Positions 12,776 through 24,739 of a stretch of DNA of 64,000 nt are shown here, piece by piece. A program made the translations under genes and the position numbers. The DNA is taken from NCBI RefSeq assembly GCF_018350175.1, contig NC_058368.1, forward strand, positions 230,828,001-230,892,000, in the 5' to 3' direction. This stretch comes from Felis catus (taxonomy: Eukaryota). The stretch's first letter is position 1, and every line of letters begins with the position of its first letter. Under the pieces are notes generated by a model. That model saw nothing but the letters and a program-made list of their open reading frames with translations. It had not been told where the DNA came from and did not search any database.

Positions 12776-13358
12776 TTTAGAGACAGATGCTAAAGGTCAT
12801 TTGAGATACTATTTGACGGGAAACTTTTATTTGCATGTAGATTTTCCATGATGTGTCAACTGCAGAAAGGAAGAAACACAAGTAGCCTGTTTGATAAAAT
12901 GTCCACAGTGGGGTCCCTGCTCCACGTTCATTAGAGGCCAGTGTCTCTCTGTTTTTTAGACCATGGTACCCAAGCAACATACCAGGAAGGTGGGCGCAAG
13001 TATGAGCCAGATTTGACTCTATACTTGAAGAAAACTTGCCTCAAAGTTCAGTAGACTTCTTTTAGTGTGCACGAGGGTCTATCTACCCCCATGACAAATA
13101 GGCATGAATGACCAGTAGTTCATTCAAATAACCGTAATTGGAATTACTTCTACAATAGATCTCAATACATATTTTTTTCTTATCTCATACTTATTTATCT
13201 AGTAGCTGAAATCAGCATGCAGGTCAACAAGTTTCCTGAATATTCTCTGCAGGTTAGCCCCAAGGGCAGGGTTCTCTGCCTCCCTAATCTTACTGGCCCT
13301 GGGCATGAAGTTTCCTGGACCCCAGAGGAAGGACACCTGCAGCAGCAGAAAACAACTG

Positions 13359-13418
13359 CTTCCTGTTTCCTGCTTCTCACTTCCTGTTCCCTGCTTCTCA
13401 CTTCCTGCTTCCTGCTTT
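13359..13418. repeat. 21-bp tandem repeat x~3 (CTTCCTGTTTCCTGCTTCTCA)
   Basis: Units start at 13359, 13380 and 13401. Confidence 0.9.
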
Positions 13419-14015
13419 GGCCAAAGTCCAAAGCATCAGGAATGAAGGACTCCTGGCACCTCTGCCTCAGAGTAGATGGCAGAGGCTTGGACAGAAGATG
13501 GACAGAAGGTTCACAGGAAATGAGCTCTGGAGAGCTGGAAACCTTTGCCTGGAAGGAGGAAAGAACGGGGCTAAAGGAAGGTTGACGAGGGGAGCCCCAA
13601 CTTCGGTGATGGCAATGAAGAGAGGGAGCCAGTGTGGGAAAGGCAGGAAGGAGGCAGCCGGCTCACAGAGCAAACTCCAGGGAAACAGTGGGCTCCAGTC
13701 ATGGGCAGCAGGAGAGGGAGCCCAGCTGCCCCTACCCCCACGTGTGTGGGGACATGTGTACAGAAGCCTGGAAGCAGCAGTGATGGCTCAAAAGTTAGCC
13801 TCATCCCCCATCCAGGGGCCACATGAGAGCAGGCTGCGAGGTTCCTTTGAGGACTACTCCAACCCAGGGCAAGATTTCAGAGGCACCTGGGGCTGGGCTC
13901 AGAGCAGCACCCACACCATCACCTCGATGCTCAGGAGATAGGCAGTTCAGTCTGCTAGTACCTGTTTAAAGAGGCCAGGGCCTTCCACTCCAATGAGATT
14001 GTTCGCCTGAAATGT

Positions 14016-14111
14016 GGAAAGAAGGAAAAAAGGAAGGAAAGAAGGAAGGGAGGTGGGCAGAGAGGGAGAGAGGGAGGGAGGGGGGAAGGAGGGAAGGAAG
14101 GAAGGAAGGAG
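14016..14111. repeat. Polypurine (GGAA/GGGA)n tract
   Basis: Read directly. Confidence 0.9.
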
Positions 14112-14271
14112 CCTACAAGGCTGTCCACCTTAGTAAGGGCTCCATGCAAGGGGTTGGGATATTCAGTCCTTTCCTGCTGAGCCTCAGGAAAACAGGGACC
14201 TGGTAAGAGCCGTCTCTCCTCCCAGGGTCTGAGGGCCTCTTGCACCTTGGAACGACAGTGCTTGTTCTATA

Positions 14272-14469
14272 ATATAAATATATTTTAAGTTTATGTATTT
14301 ATTTTGAGGGGGGAAGGGCAGAAAATGAGGGAGAGAGAGAATCCCAAACAGGTTCCGTGCTGTTGGCACAGAGCCCAATGCTGGGGCTGGATCTCATGAA
14401 ACACGAGATCATGACCTGAGCGGAAACCAAGAGTCAGATGCTTCACCGACTGAGCCACCCAAGTGCCCC
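14272..14469 (-). mobile_element. Can-SINE (older)
   Basis: Ends ...gactgagccacccaagtgcccc. Degenerate TSD tgttctataa / tgttcttataa. Confidence 0.9.
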
Positions 14470-16349
14470 TGTTCTTATAAGAATCCCATTCCTGGCTGCC
14501 TCCAAGCCTCACTCACAGATCTTCTTTCCCCATGCAGGGGCCCGTTGGAGCCCCTAACTCAGTGGGCCAGCTTGGGGTCCCCAAGCATGAGGAATGGAGA
14601 GGCTCCAGAAAAATGCACTGTCTTCATTTCTGGATAGAGTCCCAGGCCCGGCACCCCTGGTCCCAAGTTTTCATCTGACGGTAAGCCAGGGATGGCCACT
14701 CTCTTCTTATTTGGATAAGTGGAGGAGATGGGGGGCAGAGCAACAGGAAAGAGATCCCCTTCCTCGACTCCACAAACTCTCCAGGTGCTGCTTTGCCTCC
14801 GTGGATGCTTATGTAAGGGAGGTGCTAGCAAGCAGGTCATTTCATACCCCATGCCCACAGTCATTCAGGACTCGACAAGAACACTGGCGAGACCCACTTG
14901 TAATTGTCTGGTGGTTGAGTGCTTATTTAATCATTTTAATTCCACAATTGGGATAAATTCAAAATTTACTTTGCATGACCCTTACCTGGCAAATGAAGGG
15001 AGGTGACACAGGTGACCGGTTGCTGACATAAAGGTGGGTCAATAGAATGTAACTTGGCTAATGGCGTGTAAATTAGAAACTGGAGAGTTTAGCATTGGAG
15101 GAATCTAGAAGGAGGAGGCTATGCACATACACACACACACATGCACACACAGGTGCACACACACACGCACACACACACCTCATTGTCCTGTTTATTTCCA
15201 ACACTGCTGTTCGCACAACCTGAATGCACTTAATTGGTTTACTTCGTTGTCACCAGTTGACCCACTGTTAGAATGTCCCTGAGAGCAGGAACCTTGTCTG
15301 TCTTGTTCAACCTGGGATCCCTGGGATCTAGAACAATGCCTGGAACCAGAGCCCATCACTGTTGGTGAGGAAGAGAGGGAGGGCTAAGCAGCCAGGCACC
15401 TGTCCCATAGTAAGTGCTAAGACCAGGCAGGCTGCAAGGCCACGCTCAGGGTGATGATGTCAATCTCTTCAATAGTTCAGAAGGCCAAGTACAAAACCAC
15501 AGGTCTGGGACAGTAACCATCTCTCGAAAGTTACCTAAAGGGCAACTATGTTAGCTAAAGTAAGACAGTAAGATGGAGAAGAGGAAAGTCCTTCCTGGTT
15601 TCAGATACACAGGAGATTTGCAGTCACCCGGGAGAGGGCAGAAACCAAACACGCCATCGGCAAAGCCACGCTGCTGGCTTGCTCACCCTGAGAGCCCTGC
15701 TCACGGGGAGTTTGGTGTTGGCACAGCCCGGTGAGCTGGAAACCTGGGCAACGACCCCAACAGTAGGGCCTTCGCTCTGTCTGGAACACTAGGCCTGACG
15801 TGCCTCAGTTTATAACTTTGCCCTGGTCTACACAGTGGGCGCATGCATGGAGTTCTGGCTTGCAATGTGTGCCTAGCCTATATTCTGATGCACTTACACA
15901 GAAAGGACGGAAACCGCGTGTGCCCTGGACCGATGGGACACCGTGCACGTGCAGCTGGGAGATTTTTGTTTCCTCTGAGCATAACAAGCCAGCACAGTTG
16001 GAGCAGGACTGTGTCCAAGCCCAGCTCCAGACTGCACGGGGGACAACACCGTAAAGTGCTCATCAGCAAACTGGAGAGGTCCGGGAAGACGGAACCACTG
16101 TGGTCAGAGGACCCATGGTGTGTACCCTGGAAAAGTGAAGGCTTGAAAGGGCCGAGAAACTTACAAGGGTCTGACAATGAGGAGGGGCGCAGCCGCCCTG
16201 CCATCCAAGCAGAACAAAGAATTTAGGCCAAGGAAATAGGAAAGCAAATACTGGCTAAGGGGAAGAGGATTTCTGCACCAGTTAGAGCTTTGGACAACCG
16301 AATATACAGCAGGAAGAAAGCATGGCGTCCGCATCATCCCTGCGCTGCC

Positions 16350-17245
16350 ATCTGCTAGTGGCAAGGCCTTGGGCAAGTTAGCTAATTTCTGTGAACCTCA
16401 GCTATTATCTCCAAATTGGGAAACATAGCAGTTTCGTCAACGTTGGCAGTGAAGGTTAAAATTAAATGGTGCATGTTGGTGGGAATGCAAACCGGTGCAG
16501 CCGCTCTGGAAAACAGTGTGGAGGTTCCTCAAAAAATTAAAAATAGATCTACCTTATGACCCAGCGACAGCACTGCTGGGAATTTACCCAAAGGATACAG
16601 GAGTGCTGACACATAGGGGCACGTGCACCCCAATATTTATAGCAGCGGCTTCAACAATGGCCAAATTATGGAAAGAGCCCAAATGTCCATCAACTGATGA
16701 AGATGTGGTTTATATATACCATGGAATACTACTTGGCAATGAGAAAGAATGAAATCATGCCATTCGCAGCAACGTAGATGGAACTGGAGGGTATTATGCT
16801 GAGTGAAATAAGTCAGAGAAGGACAGATATCATATGTTTTCACTCATATGTGGAATTTGAGAAACTTAACAGAAGACCATGGGGGAGGGGAAGGGGAAAA
16901 ATAGTTACAAACAGAGAGGGAAGGAGGCAAACCGTAAGAGACTCTAACACAGAGAACAAACTGACGGTGGATGGTGGGGGTGGGGGAGAGGGGTAAGTGG
17001 GTGATGGGCATTGAGGGGGGCACTTGTTGGGATGAATACTGGGTGTCGTATGTAAGCGATGAACCACGGGAATCTACCCCCAAAGCCAAGAGCACACTTT
17101 ACGCACTGTATGTTAGCCAATTTGACAATACATGATATTTGAAAAAATAATAAAAATAAGTAAAGTAAAATTAAATTAAATTAAATTAAGAAGCGCATGT
17201 AAAACACTTAGCACAGAGAGTAAGCACCCAAAAACAGTAGCTCTG
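16350..17245 (+). mobile_element. MIR interrupted by an L1 insertion
   Basis: MIR 5' part ccttgggcaagttagctaatttctgtgaacctcag... lies before 16468 and MIR 3' part gcatgtaaaacacttagcacag after 17190. Confidence 0.65.
16470..17190 (+). mobile_element. 5'-truncated felid/carnivore L1 (ORF2 end, 3'UTR, A-rich tail)
   Basis: ORF 16495-16752 [23 protein letters not shown]...LLGIYPKD is the ORF2 C-terminus. Followed by a G-rich 3'UTR and a (TTAAA)n tail. Confidence 0.95.
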
Positions 17246-17299
17246 ATCATCTCAACATTATGGAATACTCATGACATAGTCCTCTATTATGTAAAGGGG

Positions 17300-17726
17300 T
17301 GCTAATAGGGGCCCAATTGTCCCCCCCACCCCTGCAAAAAAAAAGATGTATTGGAGCCCTAAGCCCCAGTATCTCAGCCTAGGGCTTTATTTGGAGACAG
17401 GGTCTTTACGGAAGTAATCCAATTAACATGAGGTGATTAGAGTGGAAGCCAATCCAATATAACTGTTGTCTTTGCAAATAGGGAAATGTGAACATTCACA
17501 CACGTAAACAGAAGATGACACACAGAGACGCAGGGAGAAGAGGGCTTTCCGCAGGGCGAGGACAGGGGCCTGGAGCAGACTCTCCCTCCCAACTGCAGAA
17601 GGGACCGACGCGCTGACGCCTTGACCTTGGACTTCCAGCCTCCAGAACTGGGAGACAATAAATTTGTGTGGTTTAATCCCCCTGATCTGTGGTTGTTTGT
17701 TAAGGCGGCCCTAGCAAACTGAAACA
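17300..17726 (+). mobile_element. ERVL-MaLR solo LTR (MLT1-type)
   Basis: ttatttggagacagggtctttacggaagtaatc...ggacttccagcctccagaactgggagacaataaatttgtgtggtttaa...gccctagcaaactgaaaca. Confidence 0.85.
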
Positions 17727-18552
17727 GGTTCCCCACTCACCAAACACGCGGCAGCCTCCCGTGGGGGCTGGGGGCAGATGTGACCAGATTGCCACCATAT
17801 AAATACAGGCTCCTGGGCTGACCGGAGACTTTGATTCAATTAGGTCAGGACAGGACCCAGATACGCATTTTGAAAAAACAGTCACAAGATCCAGCACGTG
17901 GAGGCTTTGTTTAGGGCCGGACAAGCTTCGAAGTAATTCTTCAGCTCTGTTAGCCCTCCACCTTGTTGTGCAAAGTGTGTGCACAACACGTGTGTGTCTG
18001 TGTGGGTCCAGGCGTCCGTGCCTGTGTCGTTCTAAGCATATGCCAGATTCGGAAAGGCTCCCCACGTCAAGATTCCACGAACGTACATGAGAAGAGAAAG
18101 GTGAAGAACGCAAAATGAACCGATTTGTCTCCGCCCAAATTGGCTTCCATCCAGGCCCAAGCAGCCGCGGCAGCGGTCCTGCCTCGGTTGCCCACGCGGC
18201 TCCAGCCACAGCCTCCCAGCGCCCCCTGATGCCCCCGCCACCCAGGCAGCCACCAGGGGCCTCCGCGGACCAGGTCTGTGAGTAAAGACAGGGGAAGACC
18301 CACCGGAGGGTCCTGCCCGCCCCCGAGCAGTGTGCCAGCCTATGCGAGGGCCAGGACATGTAGCCTCCGTGAGTGTTTGCCAACAGGTGGGGTATGTGAA
18401 CTCGTGGAAAATAACAGTGCACTTGGAAAGGTCACTACTTTACCTGTGTAATAGTGTCTAATTTCATTCAACTTAAACAAAGCAGATTGAGTAAGTTATA
18501 TAAGCCCAAAAGCTATATCGTTCCCTAATTCAGCTCCAGTCTTTTTTCCCTG

Positions 18553-19068
18553 GGTAATAGTTACCTACGGTTGCATGACAAATTACCTCCAAAATGTAGT
18601 GGCTTAAAACAACACACATTAATTATCTCACCGTCTCTGCGGGTAGGAATCCAGGGTGGCTTAGCGGGGTGCCTCTGGCTCAGAGCCTCTCGGGAGGAGG
18701 CAGTCAAGCTGTTGGACAGAGCTGGGGTCTCATCCGGGGCGGGTGCCAAGAATCAGCTTCCAGTTCACTCACATGGTTATTGTCAGGGCCCCGTCTCCTA
18801 CCACGCGGGTATCATCCTCACAGGACCGCTTCCCAGGCTGGCTCTGCCGAAGGTAAGCAAACGAGGCGAGCAAGAGAGAACAAGAGATAGAAACCACAGT
18901 CTTTTTATAACCTAGTCTCAGAAGCGACATTCGTCACTGTTGCCATATTCTGTCCAGTGGAAGCGAGTCATTAGGCCCAGCCCACACCGGAGGGAAGTGT
19001 CTTATACAAAGATATCATCTCAAGGAGGAGGGGACTGGGGGGACGTTATCTGTGAGGCTGCCTGTCAT
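18553..19068 (-). mobile_element. ERVL-MaLR solo LTR (older MLT1)
   Basis: aaattacctccaaaatgtagtggcttaaaacaacacacattaattatctcac...ggcccagcccacac. Confidence 0.75.
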
Positions 19069-19318
19069 ATTCTGAGTCAAAGAAGAGTTTCAACGTGGCC
19101 CCTCGGACAAGGTCTTCCTACGTTCCACCATAAACTGTTCCTCACGGCACATGTCACCATGTCACAGATCGGAAAGATGGCACTCTCTGGAAGGGTCTAC
19201 CTGTGTCACGTTTCCTAAGAAATAAAGGCTGAAACATAAACCCCGAAGTGATCCGTTATCAGAATATTTACCGAGGGCAAATCCCTTTGCTTCTACTTTT
19301 TGTTGATCCTGTAGTCTA

Positions 19319-19540
19319 TAGGCGTGAGCAAACAGGCTACCAAGGACCAGACAAGTAAGTATTTTTGGCTTAGGAGGCCACGTGACCTCTGTCACAACTA
19401 CTCAACCTTGCCATGGTAACACGAAAGTAGCATGGAGCAACATGTACGCAAAGGGGCATGGCTGTGTTCCAATAAAACTTTATTTACACAGCAGCCCTCA
19501 GGCAAAATTTTATTCAAAGGTCGTAGTTTGCCAAGTGTCA
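19319..19540. mobile_element. hAT-Charlie MER58A-like MITE
   Basis: ctctgtcacaactactcaaccttgcc...gggcatggctgtgttccaataaaactttatttaca...gtagtttgcc. Confidence 0.75.
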
Positions 19541-21731
19541 CAGAAAATAGCCCGTATTCTATTTGAGAATAAAACAGAAGTTAGCAGTAAAAGTAGAGCT
19601 AGCAGGTTACTGTTTCTGACAAAGGCATTCAGGTGACACATGTATTAAATGCTTCATCGTAAACACACGCAAATCATATCGAATCCGTATTGACCACCAT
19701 CATCCAAAATAGAGAACACGTGACCTTGAACTGTCCTGTCGCCTAGAATCATGTTAGAAGTTGTGTGACTGTCGAGGCATTGGGGTGAGTGTGGAAGGCC
19801 TGGAATTGCCTGAAAGGTTCCCCTCGCCATCCTAATGATGAATTTCTACCTAGTCACCTAGAAGAGAACTTCCATTCATTTATTTTACTTAATGACACAA
19901 CAAAAGACCATTGGGCCAACCATGACAATCCCATCTGTTGAGGGGATACCGGTAATGTAAATGGGAGGAAAGGCTCATAAAAATAATTTCTAAGCCTATA
20001 GCGAAGATACAAGAAGAGGCTTGCTTGTGATGATTTTTCAGTTCTGAGCTTCTAGAAACCAGAGCCAGACCAGTCATGGGTACAAGGGAATTTGCCCACT
20101 CCTGCTCCAGAGGATAAAGGACTGCCACCACCCCTAGCTTGCAGGGCATAAGCGATGCCTGAAAGGGTAAGGGGAGCACAAGACAGCCTCTCCCCACCCC
20201 ACATTTCTTCCGGAAGGATCTTACCGGCAAAGGCACGGAGAACCGGGGATGACATGACACTTGAATTTTATCTTTTAAAATGTGTCTCAGGGAACTCTAT
20301 GAAGTCTTTGTTTAGAAACAACCCAGCATGTTAACACTGCAAAGCTTCAGAAACTGGGAAGTTGTTCATCATTTCAGTTTGTTTTAGAGGAGAATATCAG
20401 ACGCTTATGTCTGTCGCTCACTATGCACAGTTTCAGCCTCCGACAGACTAGAATGTAAGCTCTAAGAAGGCTGAGACCTTATCTTCACTTTCTAGAAAAG
20501 GGCCTGGCATAGGGTATGTCCTCAAAAATATTTGTTGAATGAAACAAAGTCTATGAAATCGATAAACTCCTTCCGAGTCTTGAGATTCCTAGATTCATCC
20601 TCAGGGCCTGGTAGCCAACTGTGCCTCCCTCCCCCTGCCATTAAACCCCTGGGATCGTAGGAAGAGGACAAGGACCCCAGGAGAGAGCTCAGGCCAGCAC
20701 ATGTCTCCCAGGACCCCCTCATGAGTAGATAAGGACAGGGCTCTTTTCTGTCTCTCAGCTACCATAGCAGCACCAGCCTTCTGCCTGGAATCTCAAGGAA
20801 CATTCAGTTCTCCAATCAGCTCAGTGAAAGTTGGGGAAGCTGGAAATGAATCCCAGGGAACCTGGGATAAAAGCAGAGGGCAGTTGATGGAAAGAGCCTG
20901 TGGTAAACGGTGTGTCTAATGGGATAGGACAGACTTCAGTATCAGAAAAAAAATAGCAAGGTAGAATTGCCGGGGGCGGGGGGCGGCGGGTGCAGGGGAG
21001 CAGGGAGAGGGTGGACAGCAAGGCTTCAAATTGTGTAATGAATCCATTAGGGGCACTGCTTTTCATTTATGTGCAATTTGTAAGGGTGCAAAGGACAAAA
21101 AACTAGGCCCCTCTCTGCTATCTGTGGGTGTGAAGTCACATCACCTTTTCCACGGACCCTGCAAGGGATCCCTTCAGCGTAACTTTTCTTTACCCAAACA
21201 CTCCGTGGTTCTTTGTTAGGAAGATGAATGGTCATGTTGTAAGTCTCAAGCGAGCGGAAGCTTGCATATTTTCTTTTATCTTTTCCATGGCCAAAGGCAG
21301 TTTATTAATTTATGTCAGTAAAAAGCTCTGAAGGGTGCCCCAGAGGGTCCCTCCAAGCCTGAAGGATGGGCTTGAGATTTGTTCTTATCTAGATCAATCG
21401 CAATTGTATTTCCCAAGCTCGGACTTTCCCCTAAAAATTGAGCAAAAGCTGAGCTGGCTTTTCCGCAAACATGGTGAGAAGGAGGACGCCCACCGAAATC
21501 ATTATTTACAGCCTTCTCTAGCCTGCAAAGTCACACACAGATACTTCCACCCGAGTGGAATAATTAATCGGTTTTGTTAAATCACTTCACTAGGAAGAAA
21601 GATGGCTTAAAAGGAAACCCAGGTAACCTCAGCAGGGAAAATAGGCTTTAAATTTGTTAGGGCAATTATTTGCCAACTCTAACCTCAGAATAGTGAGAGA
21701 GAATAAAACTCTCTTCCTCTCATTAGCAAAG

Positions 21732-21756
21732 GAGAGAGAGAGAGAGAGAGAGAGAA
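21732..21756. repeat. (GA)n microsatellite
   Basis: Read directly. Confidence 0.9.
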
Positions 21757-22424
21757 AGTGAAGAAGTGCCCAAAGGTATCTTCCAGAATCTTCCAGAATC
21801 ATAGCCATGTGTATGCTTGTTGATACAGGCTTATCAGTTGAAAGTTATGACACAAATAACTTAGCCCCTGTTCACACTGATTCCTCATAAATAGCTGAAC
21901 TTACCAGTACATTAACTTAAATCTATAAAATAACCTCACCTATGATAACCTATACTGATAGCATGTGCCCTTGAAATTATGTGGAGAGAAAATGACGCTT
22001 CCCTTCCATGGTCTTCCTTCCAAACATCCATAACCCCTGTATAACAGGGAATGAGGGAAACATCAGACTAACATAAACTGAGGGACAGTGCACAAAATAA
22101 GACAGTTAAAAAGAATCCTTATCTATTTTTTTTCTGGAAGCCAGATGTTATTAAATATTATCATCCTAATGCTGATAGGATTATTAAGAAGTGGGGACAT
22201 GTGTCACCAAGAAGTGTCCAAATTCTCCTTTGGGCATTGCTCTATTATTTAGGTTTTCTAAAGTATATTAATTTTATTTTTTAATGTGTTTATAAAAAGC
22301 GCTCTTACATGAAAGGCGTCCAAATATCTCCTATGTAGTAGTCAAAACGTCTGTGCTTATTAAGAGAAGGCACAACCCGCAGCTTTGGAGGGGAAAGAAA
22401 TGGCCAATAGCCTCCTCTTTGAGA

Positions 22425-22970
22425 TCTTCTGCCGTTTCTTATTTAAAAGTCTGTGAATGGTTTTCGCTATTTCTGCGAGAAACAATTCAAATTTTGACAG
22501 GGACCCCCTAGAATCTATAGATGGTTTCGGGTGGTGTGGACTTTTGAACTACATTAATTTTTCTAATCGGTGAACATGGGATAACCTTTCCATTCATTTG
22601 TGTCTTCAATTTCTCTCACCAAACTCTTATAGTTTCCATTGTACAGGTTTTTTACTTCCTTAGTTAATGGGATGTGCATGGGTTGGATCCCGAGGGCATT
22701 GTGCTAAGTGAGATAAGTCAGGGAAAGACAACTACTGTGTGATATCACTTATATGGGGAATCTAAAAAAGTTGAATCATAGAAACAGAGAGAAGATTGGT
22801 GGTTGCTAGGAGCTGGGGGTTGGAGGAATTGGGGAGATGTTTAAGAGTACAGACTTGGGGTGCCTAGGTGGCTCAGTTGGTTAAGTATCTGACTCTTGAT
22901 CTCAAAATATATCCAACTATCACATTGTGTACCTTACCCTTATACAATGTTATATGTCAATTATATGTTT
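22425..22970. mobile_element. Old L1 with inverted 5' segment (minus ~22425-22667, plus ~22668-22970), interrupted by a Can-SINE head at 22857-22904
   Basis: Minus-strand ORF2 sequence (tgaacatgggataacctttccattcatttgtgtcttc) directly abuts plus-strand ORF2-end/3'UTR sequence (gagggcattgtgctaagtgagataagtcag...tacaatgttatatgtcaattatat). Confidence 0.75.
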
Positions 22971-23391
22971 GTTTTTTTTTTAAAAAGCCTGTGAAAACAG
23001 CTCTTTTGAAAACTGGTGTCAGTAAGGCTATCAAACCTCTAAGATTTCTCAAACTGCTTTTCTGAAAGCAAGCAGCACAACAGGAGGGCTTTGCCCGTCT
23101 GGAAACAGCGGTGGGGAGTGGGGAAGCCCAGCCAGTGGGGGCTGCAGCTGTCATTTGGGAAGACAAGCCCACGCCACCCCCGCATCTGACCTGGCTGGCC
23201 CAGCACCTGTGAATCAGTCCTGAGTGCCCACCGGCTAACCTGGACCACTCTAGGGGATGCCAGATGGCACTGCGGTTCGAGCCTATCGTAAGGCTGACAT
23301 CTCCACCAACTACAGGGTGGTGGTTGTTTTTTAACCTAAATGCTTTTTTATTCTTAATCTTAAATCAATGTGTCTAAAGAATGATCTCGAA

Positions 23392-23540
23392 CAGCAGTCT
23401 TCAAAATGTGGTCCGGGGACTCCTGGAGTTTCCCTATACCCATTCAGGGGAGCTATGAGGTCAAAACTATCTTTTTTTACGATACTGAAACGCTTTTTGC
23501 TTTTTTTTTCTACTTTCATTCCCTCTTGAGTATACAAGTA
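23392..23540. mobile_element. hAT Charlie1-like terminal fragment
   Basis: cagcagtcttcaaaatgtggtccggggactcctgg...ttcagggg...gaggtcaaaactat. Confidence 0.65.
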
Positions 23541-24693
23541 TAGGTTTATTTTGCGATTTCTCTAAAATCTCCAACAAGTCATGTGCTTTGGGCAGACTTG
23601 TATTTAGTTCTTTAAAGTTTACCAAGCATCTTCAATATGTGATCCCATGCACTTCTTGTAAACATTCTAGAGGGGTGTATGATTACTTCCATTTTTAAGG
23701 CGGGGTGGGAGGAGGCTCTGAGACCCAGAGAGGATAGTGTTTCCCCAATGCCACACATAGTGTGATCAGGCTGGGTCTCAAACCTTGGTCTGCAGCCCCC
23801 AAGACGAGCGCTCCGTCATTTGTAGATTCTCCTTCCCAGACCGATCCCACATGGACGGTGTGAGCAGAGGCTCACGGCCGAAAGGCAGAAGCAGCCCCCC
23901 AACATCCTGTTCGTCTTTCACTTAAGCTCTCTAACAATGACATACTCTCCCTGAGGAAACTTTTGAATTTTCTTAATGGGAAAAGGATAAAATAATATCC
24001 TAGTACCACTGAATCCTGAATAGATTTAAAAAAAAAAAAAAAAGCTAAGCAAAATATGTTGTTCTTCAATTTCAGACTCCCTTGAGATGATTTTATCTTG
24101 CTGAAAGTCTCTTTATTCTTGATGCCTTTGTCATGTTTATTTTTTTCTACTTATAGCAATTCATACACCCTTGTAAGAATTTTATATAAGGAGATAAATG
24201 CTAAGGCATAATATTGAATAACTGTTTGAATCCCCGAGTAGGATTCGTATTACGGCCTCCACTATGGAACCACAATCACGAAATGCGGTGCAAGGTCAAA
24301 TAATGACTCTGCGAAAGAGCCGGAAACAAGATTGTCCCTGCCCCCCGCGCCCCCCCCCCCACGCCATTTCTCCCTGCTGGAACACACTTTTCATAAATCG
24401 CCTCCGTAGCAGGTGCGGTTCCGTGGGAAATCAGTATTCACGGCAGTAGCGCTCTCATCCTGTTTGCGGCTTCTATTTTCTAACGTCCAAATACAGATAA
24501 AAATGTGTTGCCAAGATTCACGCTGCTTATTTTTTTCTTCAAACATCCTGAGCCAGAGGGTAACCTCATAGGCGACTAAAATCGACCTCCGTGTCTTTTA
24601 TTAGCTGTTAAACTACTTTTGAAAAATGCCTCAAAGTGCTTCTCAATTACCCTGTGACTGACAAGTGGAAGCCCAATGAAATCCCAAAGGATT

Positions 24694-24697
<4 letters not shown>

Positions 24698-24735
<38 letters not shown>
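24698..24735. repeat. (TG)n microsatellite
   Basis: Read directly. Confidence 0.95.

Positions 24736-24739
<4 letters not shown>

Noticed and set aside
13359..13418. Short direct repeats as a CRISPR-like array
   Set aside because: Eukaryotic DNA, head-to-tail units without spacers, and no cas genes.
17700..18422. 240-aa minus-strand ORF
   Set aside because: Non-ATG start, GC-rich, ends in an MLT1 LTR, and shows no recognisable domain or splice structure.
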